The notes: generated by a model from the sequence alone, not told the origin. Counted from the stretch's first letter, positions 38,293 through 51,830 are shown. The stretch is 64,000 nt of DNA from Lama guanicoe (GCA_013239625.1 MU054187.1:23064795-23128794), one strand, 5' to 3'. Program-made: numbers and translations.

Positions 38293-40238
38293 GAATTCAG
38301 CAAGGTAGCAGGTTACAAAATTAATGTTCAAAAATCAGTTACATTTCTTTACACTAACGATAAATCAACAGAAAAAGAAAGTAAAGAGACAATCCCCTTT
38401 AAAATAGCACCCAAAGTAATAAAATATCTGGGAATAAATCTAACCAAGGAGGTGAAAGAATTATACACGAAAACTATAAACCATTGATGAAGGAAATGAA
38501 GAAGACTTTAAAAAATGGAAAGATATTCCATGCTCTTGGATTGGGAGAATCAATATTGTTAAAATGGTCACACTGCCCAAGGCAATCTACAGATTGAATG
38601 CAATCCCTATCCAATTACCCAGGACATATTTCACAGAACTAGAACAAATCATAATAAAATTTATATGGAACCATCAAAGACCTAGAATTGCTAAAGCATT
38701 ACTGAAGAGAAAGAAAGAGGCTGGAGGAATAACTCTCCCAGACTTCAGACAATACTATAGAGCTACAGTCATCAAGACAGCATGGTATTGGTACCAAAAC
38801 AGACATATAGACCAATGGAACAGAATAGAGAGCCCAGAAATGAACCCACAAACTTTTGGTCAACTCATCTTCGACAAAGGAGGCAAGAATATACAATGGA
38901 ATAAAGACAGTCTCTTCAGCAAATGGTGTTGGGAAAACTGGACAGCAGCATGTAAAACAATGAAGCTAGAACACACCCTTACACCATATACAAAAATCAA
39001 CTCAAAATGGATTAAAGACTTAAACATAAGACAAGATACAATAAACCTCCTAGAGGAAAACATAGGCAAAACATTATCTGACATACATTTCAAAAATTTT
39101 CTCCTAGAAGAAATAAAAGCAAGAATAAACAAATGGGACCTAATGAAACTTACAAGCTTCTGCAGAGCAAAGGAAACCAGAAATAAAACAAGAAGAAAAC
39201 CTACGGAATGGGAGAAAATTTTTGCAAGTGAAACCGACAAAGGCTTGATCTCCAAAATATATAAGCAGCTCATACGACTCAATAAGAAAAAAATAAACAA
39301 CCCAATCCAAAAATGGGCAGAAGACCTAAACAAGCAATTCTCCAAGGAAGACATACAAATGATCAAAAAGCACATGAAAAAATGTTCAATATCACTAATT
39401 ATCAGAGAAATGCAAATCAAAACTACAATGAGGTATCACCTCACACCAGTCAGAATGGCCGTCATTCAAAAATCCACAAATGACAAATGCTGGAGAGGCT
39501 GTGGAGAAAGGGGAACCCTCCTACACTGCTGGTGGGAATGCAGTTTGGTGCAGCCACTATGGAAAACAGTGTGGAGATTCCTCAAAAGACTAGGAATAGA
39601 CTTACCATATGACCCAGGAATCCCACTCCTGGGCTTGTATCCAGAAGGAAATCTACTTCAGGATGACACCTGCACCCCAATGTTCATAGCAGCACTATTT
39701 ACAATAGCCAAAACATGGAAACAGCCTAAATGTCCATCAACAGGTGACTGGATAAAGAAGATGTGGTATATTTATACAATGGAATACTACTCAGCCATAA
39801 AAACCGACAACATAATGCCATTTGCAGCAACATGGATGGCCCTGGAGAATGTCATTCTAAGTGAAGTAAGCCAGAAAGAGAAAGAAAAATACCATATGAG
39901 ATCGCTCATATGTGGAATCTAAAAAACAAAAACAAACAAACAAAAACAAAGCATAAATACAGGACAGAAATAGACTCATGGACAGAGAATACAGACTTGT
40001 GGTTACCAGGGGGGTAGAGGGTGGGAAGGGATAAACTGGGATTTCAAAATTGTAGAATAGATAAACAAGATTACACTGTATAGCACAGGGAAATATACAC
40101 AAAATGTTATGATAAATCACAGAGAAAAAAATGTGACAATGAGTGTGTATATGTCCATGAATGACTGAAAAATTGTGCTGAACACTGGAATTTGACACAA
40201 CACTGTAAAATGATTATAAATCAATAAAAATGTTAAAA
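38293..40238 (+). mobile_element. Very young 5'-truncated L1
   Basis: Perfect 16-bp TSD AATATAAGTGAGAACC (38277-38292, 40239-40254); ORF2 3' part, 3' UTR and AATAAA. Confidence 0.97.
38564..39922 (+). CDS. L1 ORF2p C-terminal 452 aa; lacks EN and RT core, so non-autonomous
   Basis: Uninterrupted ORF with [52 protein letters not shown]. Confidence 0.9.
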   Translation: MVTLPKAIYRLNAIPIQLPRTYFTELEQIIIKFIWNHQRPRIAKALLKRKKEAGGITLPDFRQYYRATVIKTAWYWYQNRHIDQWNRIESPEMNPQTFGQLIFDKGGKNIQWNKDSLFSKWCWENWTAACKTMKLEHTLTPYTKINSKWIKDLNIRQDTINLLEENIGKTLSDIHFKNFLLEEIKARINKWDLMKLTSFCRAKETRNKTRRKPTEWEKIFASETDKGLISKIYKQLIRLNKKKINNPIQKWAEDLNKQFSKEDIQMIKKHMKKCSISLIIREMQIKTTMRYHLTPVRMAVIQKSTNDKCWRGCGERGTLLHCWWECSLVQPLWKTVWRFLKRLGIDLPYDPGIPLLGLYPEGNLLQDDTCTPMFIAALFTIAKTWKQPKCPSTGDWIKKMWYIYTMEYYSAIKTDNIMPFAATWMALENVILSEVSQKEKEKYHMRSLICGI

Positions 40239-40722
40239 AATATAAGTGAGAACCTATAATGAGGCTTTCAATGGATTAAACTCTATTCTCTCAAAAACCA
40301 TGTGAAGTAGATTCTATTACATATTCTCTACTGTACAGATAAGGAAATGGACATACATGGAAGGTAGCTTTCTAGTAAATGCTAGTAAATATTCTTTTGT
40401 GTTTCTCAATTTGTTTTTGATGAAAATCATAAGGAAAAGTCCAAATCATAATAAACCAGCCAATAGATAGCTACTTTGTCAAGGGTTTAATATGCCCTTA
40501 GGTAAAAATAAAATGAAGTTTCTGGCCGTATCAAGTGATCTCATTCATCACTGTAGAAAAGAAATATCCTTAGTGATTCCTAGAAGAGATCCATGATCCT
40601 CTGCCATCACTCTCAAAGTGTAGACGTGTGCTTGATCTGAAAATGTGATAAGCTATAGAGGCTTTTACTGGCATTCTACAGCTTTTCTGTTTTAATTTCT
40701 TTTGTGGTGTGCTGTTTCATAC

Positions 40723-40878
40723 CTCCCCCTTATAAATAATGCAGCCTTGGGTACAGTTCTTTTAATTCTTTCATGTTTAAAAACCCATGAAAATATATCA
40801 GATCATGTACAAATTGCTATCTGAAGGTGCTTTTCAAGCTTTTGTCTTGTAAGTGAAATAAAATACAGGAGTTGATGC
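40723..40878 (-). pseudogene. Candidate 156-nt exon with stop(s)
   Basis: Acceptor ctccatttatgtgaacag, donor GAG/gtatga; frame ambiguous. Confidence 0.4.
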
Positions 40879-41937
40879 CTGTTCACATAAATGGAGAATA
40901 CTGGCAGTTCAAAGTGTATTAATTACCATGAAATAAAGGAATTATAAGATAGTAGAACTATAAGGGCCTTGAGAAATCATGTTTAATTTGCCTGTCATTA
41001 GGCAGGTAAATGTCTGAAATACTTTGTGAAAATATTTTTCTAGTCCCTTTTTTAAATATCTCCAAGCAGAAAAACTCCAAAATCCACCAGAGAACCTCAT
41101 TTAAATAATTTTGGTTACAAAAAGAAAAAAAATTATTAATGTACAACAAACATTTCTCTTGATTTCTATTAAATGTTTTTTTTTCCCCTCTAGGCTAAAG
41201 AAACAAATCTCTTCATACTTCTCCTTAGTGCCTCATTATTATCTTTTTGATCATTTTGTTACTTGTCACTGTGTCTTTGTAGTTCTTAGTTTCTAGGTTT
41301 TAATGATTCAATATTTGTTCTCTCTGTCTCTAAATTCCATGAAATTCTTTCATGACATTTTTTTCTATATTCATTGAATTTGTCAGTTTAAAAATCTTAT
41401 CATTCCTAAAAATCTTCATTAATGAAGAATTTTTGGGTACTCTGATTGACAAAAGAGTGCCCATTTATTGAGAAAAGAAAACAAACTATATTTAGAAATG
41501 AGGTAGGTAAAATTTCTATCACTTCCTCCAAAATATGACTGTAGAAAAAAAGAAGACCCTAATTTGTGCCTATTTTTATTTTATTACTTTCTTTATAGTT
41601 TTGTGTCTATTTTATAATTATTTGTGGTATGTGAATTTTGTATGATTATATTTCTATAGATAAATTACAATAGCACTCTCTTGAACTTAAAAGAGAACGA
41701 AATGACTTCACAGAGAATCTTTGAAGTCATTATCCAATTTTTAACCTAGGAAGAAAGTAAATTGATACTAATTTTCAGCAACAAATTGAAGTAGGCAATC
41801 AAAATTTGGTGGCCTGAAAGTTGTACTTTGAAGTTTAAGTAGATTACTAGAAGCAAATAAAGGTCAGAAGACCTCTGTCCATCTTAAAGCAGCAAGTAAA
41901 TACGCTGGACATCAGTAACCCTAATCTCCATATGCAC

Positions 41938-42181
41938 CTCATAAGTTCTATTTCAGTTTTTAAAATGTTCCCTCTACTTTTCAGATGTATATTCCTTTCA
42001 CATTTCTTATTTTCCATATCTGTTTTTATTCCCCACATGATCTTCTTACTTCAACACTCCTCCACTGGCAGAGTGAAACCAAGATCTGTCTCCTCACTGC
42101 TCCCCTCAGATGGCCCGAGAAGGCAGTGTTCTCAGGAACTGTGACATGCTGGAGTCTCTAGAAGGCCCCTCGACTATAGAG
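41938..42181 (-). pseudogene. Candidate decayed exon: SIVEGPSRDSSMSQFLRTLPSR / PSEGSSEETDLGF...KTEIELM
   Basis: Acceptor tttcctttccag, donor GAG/gtgcat; needs a frameshift. Confidence 0.4.
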
Positions 42182-43359
42182 CTGGAAAGGAAATTACTGC
42201 TTAAGATGAGTGACATGGAAATCAGCATAGAAGACCTGTTTTACTAAACAGCAAATGGAAACTGTTAAATAAATATGGGTTTCCCATTAGGTAGAGTTGA
42301 AATGTTCTCAGGATAACTGGACCCAGTTATGATAAAAAGTTATTTTTTTATCAAAACAGAGAATCACTTGCTTATTTATCTTTACATATTGTGTATTTTT
42401 AACAGTCCTTAAGATGCCCAGCTTTTGGTTTATTGGAGCATAACACTGAAATGATTAAAATCTGCACCTGGAAAATAATGTTAACAAGAAAATTGTGTTA
42501 CTAAAAGTGATATCACTCGATTATTATTCTAATTCTTGCCAAATAAATTCAATTTTATTTTATAGGTGTTTTTTCCTTTGGTGGTGTTTATTCCCTTCCT
42601 CCACAAATTGACTTTAACAAGTTCCTGTTGAATATTTCCACAAAGTCATTACACAGACGCCTCAAAACATGATATAGTCAAAACTAAGTTCACAATTTTC
42701 TTCTGAAAATTCTCTCTTCATCTTGTGTTTTGTTGCTCAGCTAATGGCATCATCATTTATTCAAATGTTCTGCCTTAGACATTACTCTTATTTTCCTTTT
42801 GGGTTCCCAGATAAAAATTCTGGAAAAAAACACCATGTCAAATTTCATCAGGTGTATCTAGGGCCAATTAGATTTGGCCAAGACATAGGCTATAAAATAC
42901 GCCAGCTTTCCTAAATTTGAAATAAGTAAATGGGTAATGAGTGATATTCCCAGAAATCAAGAGTGGTTATCAGGAAGCTAAATTAATTAATGTCATCTGC
43001 TACTGGAGTCCTGCTAGATTAATTTCACCAAGACAGAAAAAGGAGTAAGTTTAAGGGAAAGGTGCTGAATTTAGTCTCGGGTAAGTTGAATTTTCAGTTT
43101 CTAGGAAAATACAAGTGGGCCCGTCTAGGAGGAAACTAGAGATTTAGAATTCAGACATTAAAATGGGGATTTGGGGGCTGAATTAGTGAAAACCCTTTAG
43201 GCCACATGAACTAGACTGGGCAAGAAGCTTACAAAGGTCCAGTGAGAGTATGGCAGGGACACAGCAGGGCCTCAGGATCATGTAGAATCCCAAACACAAA
43301 TGCCGTAAGCACTCTCCACATCTATATCCCATCCCTTATTTGTATGAAAGTCATTCTGT

Positions 43360-43825
43360 GAAAGTTTTCTTTGGCAAACTGCATTTTTCACAAGTGGCCA
43401 TATCAATGTAGATCCTGACCTACATGGCATGTAGAGTTGAGACCTTCTCATCAAAAAGTCAAGTCTGTGTTCCCCGACCTTGAACATGGGTGACACTTTG
43501 CAACTATTTTGATCAAAAGAATGAAACAAAAATAATACTGTATTATTATAGAGGGTAGGCCATAGTGATGATAAGACACCCATGTGACACATTTCTGCTC
43601 TCCTTCAAAACACACACCTTGGGAATTCAGAGCCAACATGTGAGAGTTCTGGCGACCCCGATGCTGTCAGTGCTTGAGAGATCTGCTACCTGGAGAGAGA
43701 TCCAGGGACACTCAGCTGTTCAAATATTCTCAGACAAGGTTCCAGACACGTGCATGACAAACCTTTAAGATGAACCTGGCAATGGCCACTGTGCTACTCC
43801 AACTCGGGAGAGACCCTGAGGCATT
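43360..43825 (+). mobile_element. MLT1-type LTR
   Basis: 'cttgaacatgggtgacactttgcaactattttgatcaaaagaatg' and 'cagagccaacatgtgagag' are MLT1-like. Confidence 0.6.
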
Positions 43826-44531
43826 CTTATTTATTCATTCTCTTGGAGATGGAAAAGGTTCCTGTCATTAACCAAGGTTTCAGCTTACTGGCAAGCATCT
43901 CAGTGCCCCCTAGTTACGTATCTGTGGAAGGGCTGGGTTGTTCCCATTCTTTTCCTACTGGGGCAGGTATAGATGGTGGTGAGAGCACCCAAGGAGTTGA
44001 ACAATGCCAAGTTTCCCTTTGATAGGCATGGGGATTTTCTGGAAATGCAGTTCTACTAAAACCTGACTTGGCCATCGACCTAATTTTATTCGTGGGAATT
44101 CCACTGAATGATATGTGAAGTCAGAAATCTTGTACTGATACATATTTTGGATTTTTGTTTCTCTTCTGGCTTTAAGCAATAAGCCTGTAAGTTCTGTTGT
44201 GTTTTTTTTTTAACATTCTCGTTTAAAAGTGACTTGTTTCATTGTACCTTTGAGCATTAGAAAATAATATATGTAGATGTGAAATAGAGCTCATTTTCCA
44301 TAGAAGTCTACTCCTGACTATCAGGAAGCAGGTGCAAAGCTGAAGATGCTAAGTTGGAATGTGGAGAACAGGAGGCATCCTTAGCGCCTCTGACTCAACA
44401 AAGGGAGACACATTTGAAGCTCTAACACAGCACTTCTTACTGGGCAAACTCACCTTTCACAGCACAAATGTATGAGTTTTTTAACTTTTAATAGTCACAG
44501 ATCCCCAGCCATAGTCATAAAATGGCTCCTT

Positions 44532-44830
44532 TTTTCTTAACATTTTTTATTGATTTATACTCATTTTACAATGTTGTGTCAAATTCCAGTGTGGAGCACA
44601 ATTTTTCAGTTACACACGAACATATATATATTCATTGTCACATATTTTTCTCTGTGAGCTACCATAAGATCTTGTGTATATTTCCCTGTGCTATACAGTA
44701 TAGTCTTGTTTATCTATTCTACAATTTTGAAATCTCGTCTATCCCTTCCCACTCTCCGCCCCCTTGGCAACTGCAAGTTTGTATTCTGTCTGTGAGTCTA
44801 TTTCTGTTTTGTATTTATGCTTTTTTTTTT
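44532..44830 (-). mobile_element. Young L1 3' end
   Basis: Related to the 3' UTR at 39960-40238; TSD AAATGGCTCCTT/AAATGGCTTCTT. Confidence 0.9.
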
Positions 44831-44861
44831 AAATGGCTTCTTGAAAAACGTATATGCTCAC

Positions 44862-45065
44862 CCAGCCTGATCTTTTCTATCTTCTTTCAAATGGCTTAGC
44901 TGTATCCTTTGATATTATTTTGGTGCACTCCATTAAAAGCCACAGAACGTAGCTACTCTCATTCAGCTTCGACCTCAGTGGGTATGGTAAATTTCAAAAG
45001 ATGTCCATCCATATTACCAGCTTCACAATGTAACTGCATCACATTAAATACTGTATTTCCAGTAC
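44862..45065 (-). pseudogene. Candidate exon with RGS-like motif: VLEIQYLM*CSYIVKLVIWMDIF*NLPYPLRSKL...
   Basis: 204 nt, phase 0-0, ctccag acceptor, TGG/gtgagc donor; YL......L..W.DI.(R) resembles RGS22-type boxes; three stops. Confidence 0.55.
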
Positions 45066-45239
45066 CTGGAGATAATAATAAATACTTACAACAATAACTC
45101 AGCTAACTGACTGCCACACTTAGCGCTGTGTAATATAAATATCTAAAGTGACCTAATTTAGTTTACTTTACATCACAGGACATGGTGACTATTACTAGGC
45201 CAATTGGCAAAGGAAGGATTTTTAGCTTATGCAAGACAA

Positions 45240-45347
45240 AGATGACCAGTTCTGGTTTACCCAGAACTGAGGAGTTTCTCAGGACACAGGAGTTTCGGTG
45301 CTAAAATCAAGACTTTCCTGGGCAACCTGGGGTAGCCTGCCACTATA
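45240..45347. mobile_element. MER81/MER94-like hAT MITE
   Basis: Short element with degenerate 'gatgaccagtt..ggtttaccc' / 'gggcaacctgggg' termini. Confidence 0.45.
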
Positions 45348-46393
45348 TCAGTAATTCATGCAGAGTAAAACTCCGTTTTATTGAATCCAAAGGACCAAGA
45401 ATATAATTATATAATTATTAGGCAATTTTATTTCTTAAGGGATGTAAGGATTTTCACTACTCCTCATTTTGACGTAATCATTTCTAAATTTTGATCCTCT
45501 TGAAATTTTCTAATTCCAGAAACCAATTTCTGTCTCAGATAAAGGATTTGCTGTTGCCATAATTAAAACCCAACATTAGCCATTTTAATTGAAGGAAGTT
45601 TAGGCATTTCACCAACATTGTTAAAGGCTAAAAAGAAATTAAGTAATATAATATCTAAGCTTCATTGAAATTTTTAATTAAATATTTAGAAAAAAAATTT
45701 TTTTAACCTTTTGGGTCAACATTTTTCCTTTAACAGTCAAATAAAAAACAGTTTGAACCTCCAAATTAGTAATGGCTTAACTTGCAATGTTCTTGCTCAA
45801 AAGGTATTTTTAAAAGTTTTCAGTCAGTGCTTACAAGCTTCCAGTTACTGCTTTTTCACCTCAGCTCAGAATCCTACTCTGAGATTTTTCTAGGTTTTTC
45901 TTACTGTCCATCAGACTTTGCTCTCAGCTGAGACACTGACTCATGCTCCCCTAAGTTTAGAATCTCTCACATTTCTTCTCCCCTGAGGCCTAGACACCAG
46001 AGAAACCTTCAGATCAGTTATCACCTTCACAATCACACTCAGGGGAGACACCTTTTCATCACTGTATGCTTATTTGGTGCCTCACCAAGGGTCAGACCAG
46101 ATTATAGTCTTGACCTTTACACACACAAAAAGTTCAATAATGTATTTTCCAAATTAAGGCCAGTCATTGCTCAAAGCCAAACTGTTTTTCATCATTTGGA
46201 AAAGTATCTACAAGAAACATTTTAAGATAAAATTTTTGAAATTTCTGTAACAGGAAGATGAATTGCTGTAATTTTGGTAAAAGGAGCTGGAGGAAATAAA
46301 GAAATTGGACTACACTTTCAAGGAGTTGACTTAGTCAGAAAGTTCATGGACTTGGCTTACCTAACAGGAGACAGGGTTTTCGTCAAGGTTTTT

Positions 46394-46558
46394 ATTCTTT
46401 TCTTGTCTTGTCTTGTCTTGTCTTGTCTTGTCTTGTCTTTCCTTTCCTTCCCTTCCCTTCCCTTCCCTTCTCATCTCATCTCTTCTCTTCTTTCTTTTCT
46501 TTCTTTCTTTCTTTCCTTCTCTTTCTTTCTTCCTTTCTTTCTTTCTTTCTTTCTTTCT
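46394..46558. repeat. Compound (TCTTG)n(TTCCC)n(TTTC)n microsatellite
   Basis: Directly visible. Confidence 0.97.
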
Positions 46559-48359
46559 GCTTTGCTTTGCAAAATATGGCAGATTTGAACATGTTTCTTC
46601 AACTAAGGAAAGATTTGAAAGTAAATAATGTAGAAAGGACATATAAACCTATTTTTGAGAAGCAGTGACTCACCATTTCTGTTTGGAAGCTAGTAGTTTT
46701 CTCTTTAGCTCAACAGTCCTAGGATGAGAACTGAGAAATGTGAATCTGATTGAATCAGGCTACAGAATTTATAGAGCATATTTAGCAAAATTATAAAGGA
46801 ATTAAAGAGATTTGCAAAAGAAGAAAAAAAAATAAGAGCTCAACTAAAGTGTTCAAGTAGAATAAAGAAGAAAGTAAGAACAGATAGAGAACCAAAAAGC
46901 TGAAAGAAAAAGAATTGTGAGACTTTAGATCCCAATGCAGTCAGATTACGTATAGTGAGAAAAAGAAAAATCAATAGTTGGAAGGTGAGGAAACAGCAAA
47001 CAGAAGGCAGAATACCCAAGTTTAAGATTGAGAAGTTAAGTCCCCTATGGATCAAAGACTAAATATTATTTATGTATTTCAGCTGTGTCTAGCTCCTAGA
47101 AAGCGGAATTATCAATAAATATTTATTGAATGAAATTGATTAAGATCATCAAATTTTAACAAGGGTAATGACAATTTCAGTCATAAAAGAATATTTTGGA
47201 ATACCACTTTTGGACTTCAGAAAAATGAATAATCTTCAAAATTATATTAATGCTACATGAATCAAATGTTTTCTACAAGTGGTGCAGTTTTACAAATTGA
47301 AAAGTCAGTAAAAAATAACAATCAGGTAAAATTTCTTAACACAGAAAAGAATGACCCTGAGTTTGATATGATCACCCTGGAGTAAGAACCCCCGTTTAAA
47401 TTCATATATACCATTTCAGTGTAGGAACTGCCAGCCATATATCTCAGCAATTTATAAACTTTTTTTCCATGAGTGAACTCTAAGGTTTAATCAAATTTTT
47501 GACTCACCTTTTTAAAATTACTGTACTGAGTGAACATATTCTCTTGAAATTATGACCTATTAATATAATGTAATAATTTAGAAAGACAAATAACAATCAA
47601 ATATTTTGTTTGTTAGGACACTTTGAGCTGCAAATAACCAAAAACTCCTACTAAAGTTACTATTTTCTCACATGACAATGCATCCTTAGGTAGAAAGGCT
47701 TTAAAGTTCACAAATTCAGCAGCCCAGAAACATTTGATCTCTTCCATCACTTTCAGCATGTCAGTTAAGTCCTCAAAGTTCCTTCAGCAGATTTATTCTC
47801 CTATCAGCCTTTACCTCTGGATCTGGGGATGTGACCAGTCTCCTGTGAAATTTAAGTCTGTATGGAAAAAGGTGTTTATCTCATGAAACCTGCTGTTCTG
47901 TTAAAAAAGATGAAGAATAGAGGGAATGGATGTTGGATGGGAAGGCATCATTTTCTGCCAGCTTCCAATCTATAGAATTTGAGTAGCAGCTCCCAGAAAT
48001 AGGACAACTGGATAAAAGAACCCAAGAACTGGGAATAAAATTATTCTGTACCAGAAGCAAGAAGCACCCTGGAATCCCCCAGAATTCTTTAGTTAATGGA
48101 ATTTGTTTTATAGAAAATGAATTGAATTGTATAAATAAGACAGAAAAAGCAGTTAAGGCATACAAAAATGTCAGAAATAGAGAGCTGACTGACTGTCATC
48201 TGAGATAAAGGATGTTGGATACTGGAAGAAATGAAGTGGAAATAGAATTGCCTGATGGTATTTACCTTGAAGAAAAAAGCTACTAAGAAGCAACTGGAAA
48301 TAGGAGAAGAATTCACAAAGAAAAATAGCAAAGGGAAACAAAGTAATTATTGACTTTAA

Positions 48360-49045
48360 AAAGGCACACACCTACCAGGATGGTGATTATGAACAAAACA
48401 GAACATAGGGAGTGTTAGTGAGAACGTGGAGAAATTGGAACCCTCATATCATACTGGTGGTAGTGTCAAATGGTACAGTGGCTGTGAAAAGCAGTTTAGC
48501 AGTTCTTCAGAGGTTAGATATAAAATTATATGACCCAACAATTCCATGCAAACAGGTACTCAAACAAATACTTGTACATTAATGTTCACAGCAGCACTAT
48601 TCACAATTGTCAATTTGTGGAAATAACTCAAATATCCATCAAGAGTTGAATGAATAAACAATACATGGTACCTACATACAATGGAATATTACTATCCCAT
48701 AAAAAAGAATAAAGTACTACTATATGGCACACCATGAATAAACTCCAAAGACATTATGCTAAGTGAAATAAGCCACACACAAAAGATCACCTATTGTATG
48801 ATTACATCTGTGGGAAATATTCAAAATAGATACATTTGTAGAGACAAAGTAGATCTGTAGTTTTCAGGGGCTTCAGGGAGGGAGGAATGAGGATTAATTG
48901 CTTAATGTGTACAAAAGCATTTTGAAACTAGATAGTGGCGGTAGTCTCGCAATTTTGTAAATGTACTAAAACCAATCTTTAAAATCATTAATGTTGTGTT
49001 ACATGAATTTCAATTCAATTTTTAAAAACAAACAAAAAAAACCCC
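48360..49045 (+). mobile_element. L1MB-type ORF2 end and 3' UTR
   Basis: 'gagaacgtggagaaattggaaccctc...aatgttcacagcagcactattcacaat...atacaatggaatatt'. Confidence 0.8.
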
Positions 49046-50254
49046 AGAAAACAAGTAGGAAATGTAACCATATATACTACAATATAAGTGCTACAATTTA
49101 AGTATGAATTATAATGTTTGTATAGATGTAAGTAATAAAAAGCCAATCGAAAATTTCTAAAAATAATGATTAATAGGGGAACAGAGTAGCCATGTTAACC
49201 AGAAATACAGAGATGCAGAAATATACGAAAAAGTGAAATTGATCCACCATTTGGGAGAAAAACAGGGGAGTGTGGAGGAATGGGACAGAAACTGCTAGAT
49301 TTTTCCATTAGCTTTTGGTAATATTTGATTTTCTGTATAACTCACATGTATAAGTCTGGTATATATAACAACTAATATTAATCACTAACTGATTAACTGT
49401 TAATGTAGGAGTGATAAATTTGACTAAGCAATGTTTTTAAACTAAGGCAGAAGAAAAACACCATACAATTATAACTCTTTTGAAAAAGATTATTAGCCTT
49501 TAGGAAAAATTCAAAACATTGAATATGCAATTTATGGAAACAAATTTCAAGTCATTAAGTTGTGAAAAGCTTCTTGACTTCTCTCACAATTAAGTAAGTA
49601 AAAGTAATTTTTATTGGAAAGCATTAAAATACTTAGATTGTTAATTCACATTTTTTCAATGATGTGGGGCTATCACTGTATAGAAGCTTACAAAATAATG
49701 AACATCATTTTCCGAGAAACTGGATAAATTTATTACAACCTTTAACATCTTCAAATTTCAAACGACTTTCAAAACTGAATCTCAATTATACATACGGTTT
49801 CATAACAAAATCCTACAAATTCCTTCCTAGTCAAGGTCTCTGAAAATATAGTCTCACAAGTAGACAAATCTTTTTAAATGTTAAGTTATTTTTTAAATAT
49901 CATTTGTAACAGGGTACTGGTTAAATCACAGGCAATCACTGGCTAGACTACCATGCAGCCATTACAATGGTGCTCTTCAAATAAAACTCATGTACTGACA
50001 ACAGAAAGACAGTGTGAAAAGCAAGTTACTAAATAATACTATTGTATGAGTCCATTTATACATGTAATGTAATTTAAATATTTGTAGGCAGGTAGTGGAA
50101 TGAAAATAAAATTGTTCACAGAGGCTACTTGAAAAGAACAGTTTATCAAGAGATAAGCAACTTAAATTTTTCATAAAAACGTGCAGGTTTTTCCCAATGA
50201 TTGTATGTTAGCTTTCCCACTGAAAATAAAATAGCTTCAGAAAAGAAATTGTTC

Positions 50255-50500
50255 AAAATTTGTAGATACTGACAGGCATATGCAGAATAGATAAACAACA
50301 TTATACTGTATAGCCCAGGGAAATATATACAAAATCTTGTGGTAGCTCACAGTGAAAAACAATGTGACAAGGAATATATGTATGTTCGTGTATAACTGAA
50401 AAATTATGCTCTACACTGGAATTTGACACAACATTGCAAAATGACTGTAACTCAATAAAAAAAAAGTAAAAAAAAACCTTCCAAATAAAACAAAACAAAG
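50255..50500 (+). mobile_element. Young L1 3' end
   Basis: Same 3' UTR family as 44532-44830, A-rich tail, TSD AAAAGAAATTGTTC/AAAATAAATTGTTC. Confidence 0.88.
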
Positions 50501-50557
50501 AAAATAAATTGTTCGTGTGCTTCTCGTCTGATTAAAACTTAATATTGGAGAACTCAC

Positions 50558-50626
50558 AAGACTTGGTTATACAGAAGCGAGAAAGTGGAAACATCAAGTC
50601 TTAACGTACATTTAGTTCATATTGAT
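50558..50626 (-). pseudogene. Candidate exon with stops: INMN*MYVKT*CFHFLASV*PSL
   Basis: 69 nt, gtgagt donor; continues 'PKLQ' of the preceding exon into 'PKLQ|IN'. Confidence 0.4.
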
Positions 50627-51179
50627 CTTTTAATAAACATGAACCCAGAGTAGCAACAGCAGAAGGAACTTAATTGCTTGCTCCAATGTCTTTAATTTTT
50701 AGATGAGAAAGCAGAAAACCATCAGCATTAAGTGAGTTTCCAATTATCAGGTTAAACAAAAGCATTTAATGTTCACATTGTTACATCTCTCATAACACAG
50801 TTTTGAACTATCTGCATATACATTTTTATTTGGATTCCTCTGATGTAATGGAACAAAATTAATTTAATTTGACTTATTTCTCCTGAAATCTTCCTACCAA
50901 AATAGCAGCTATTTCATTCTTAAATAAATATTGGAAACAAACATTGTACTCAATATCCCATTTTCAGGGTTTTTTTTTTAATTTCTTAAAGAAATCAAGG
51001 GCTCTGAGGAACCTTGTGGTTACCATCACTTGATGCAATTATTCCTTGTTACCTAGTATCAGAGAACTAATATTTTTTGAAACTCATCTTGGTTGATTTA
51101 TTTCATTACTAATATTCATTCACTCAACCTTTTTTTTGTTTTGTTTTGCTTTGTTTTTAATTCTCCCATGTCTTTCTAA

Positions 51180-51505
51180 TACTTGAAGGATTTTGCCCTT
51201 CAGTCTTGAGACAGAAAAGGTGGTAAAAAACCATGTTGATACCTTTGAAAGAAACGTTGAATGAACAAAATAAACAGCCTTCACAATCCTCTTGTACTTG
51301 ACCTCAACATTGTAGAGTTTCTTCAAGAAGTCAAGAGTCCAGATGATCGTATTTGCTTGTCAGTGTGTGAAAAGATACTAATACATATTAATACATATTC
51401 TTTCATGACAATGTGGTCCATTATATGGATAAAATATAAGAGAGCCTTGTCCATATCTATTAATGTCACAGAAATGTTTTTTCCAACTATCACCATCACC
51501 GTTGG
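51180..51505 (-). pseudogene. GDAP2: Processed pseudogene fragment of GDAP2 (CRAL-TRIO domain)
   Basis: TVMVIVGKNISVTLIDMDKALLYFIHIMDHIVMKEYVL / FHTLTSKYDHLDS / DFLKKLYNVEVKYKRIVKAVYFVHSTFLSKVSTWFFTTFSVSRLK matches GDAP2 as I recall it; no introns, frameshifts, 10-bp tandem duplication. Confidence 0.9.
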
Positions 51506-51527
51506 TTAAATGATCTCAATTTTATAC

Positions 51528-51575
51528 CTGAAGTTTTGGGTACCAGTCTTCTACAACTTCAAAAATATAAAGAGC
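51528..51575 (-). pseudogene. Candidate exon: ALYIFEVVEDWYPKLQ
   Basis: 48 nt, phase 0-0, CAG/gtataa donor; only one frame is open. Confidence 0.55.
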
Positions 51576-51830
51576 CTTTTTAGGCAAAGTAAAATAATTT
51601 TTGGAAAGTTATAAGTTTTTAAACTTACATAACTAGTCATAATCATTACCAGACAAAGAAATAACAAATTTGGAGCAATCTTTTTTGTTAAACCTAAAAC
51701 ATATGCTCAAACAGCCATGATTTGCTTTCTAGTGCTCTCTCAAAACAAATCTGCTTTCTCTTGGATATATTAGCCAACAGAATGAAATGCTTTTCTTGGT
51801 CTGAAGCCTTATGTAATATTTCAAACTTAC

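Noticed and set aside
51120..51505. Functional GDAP2 gene
   Set aside because: Partial, intronless and frameshifted.
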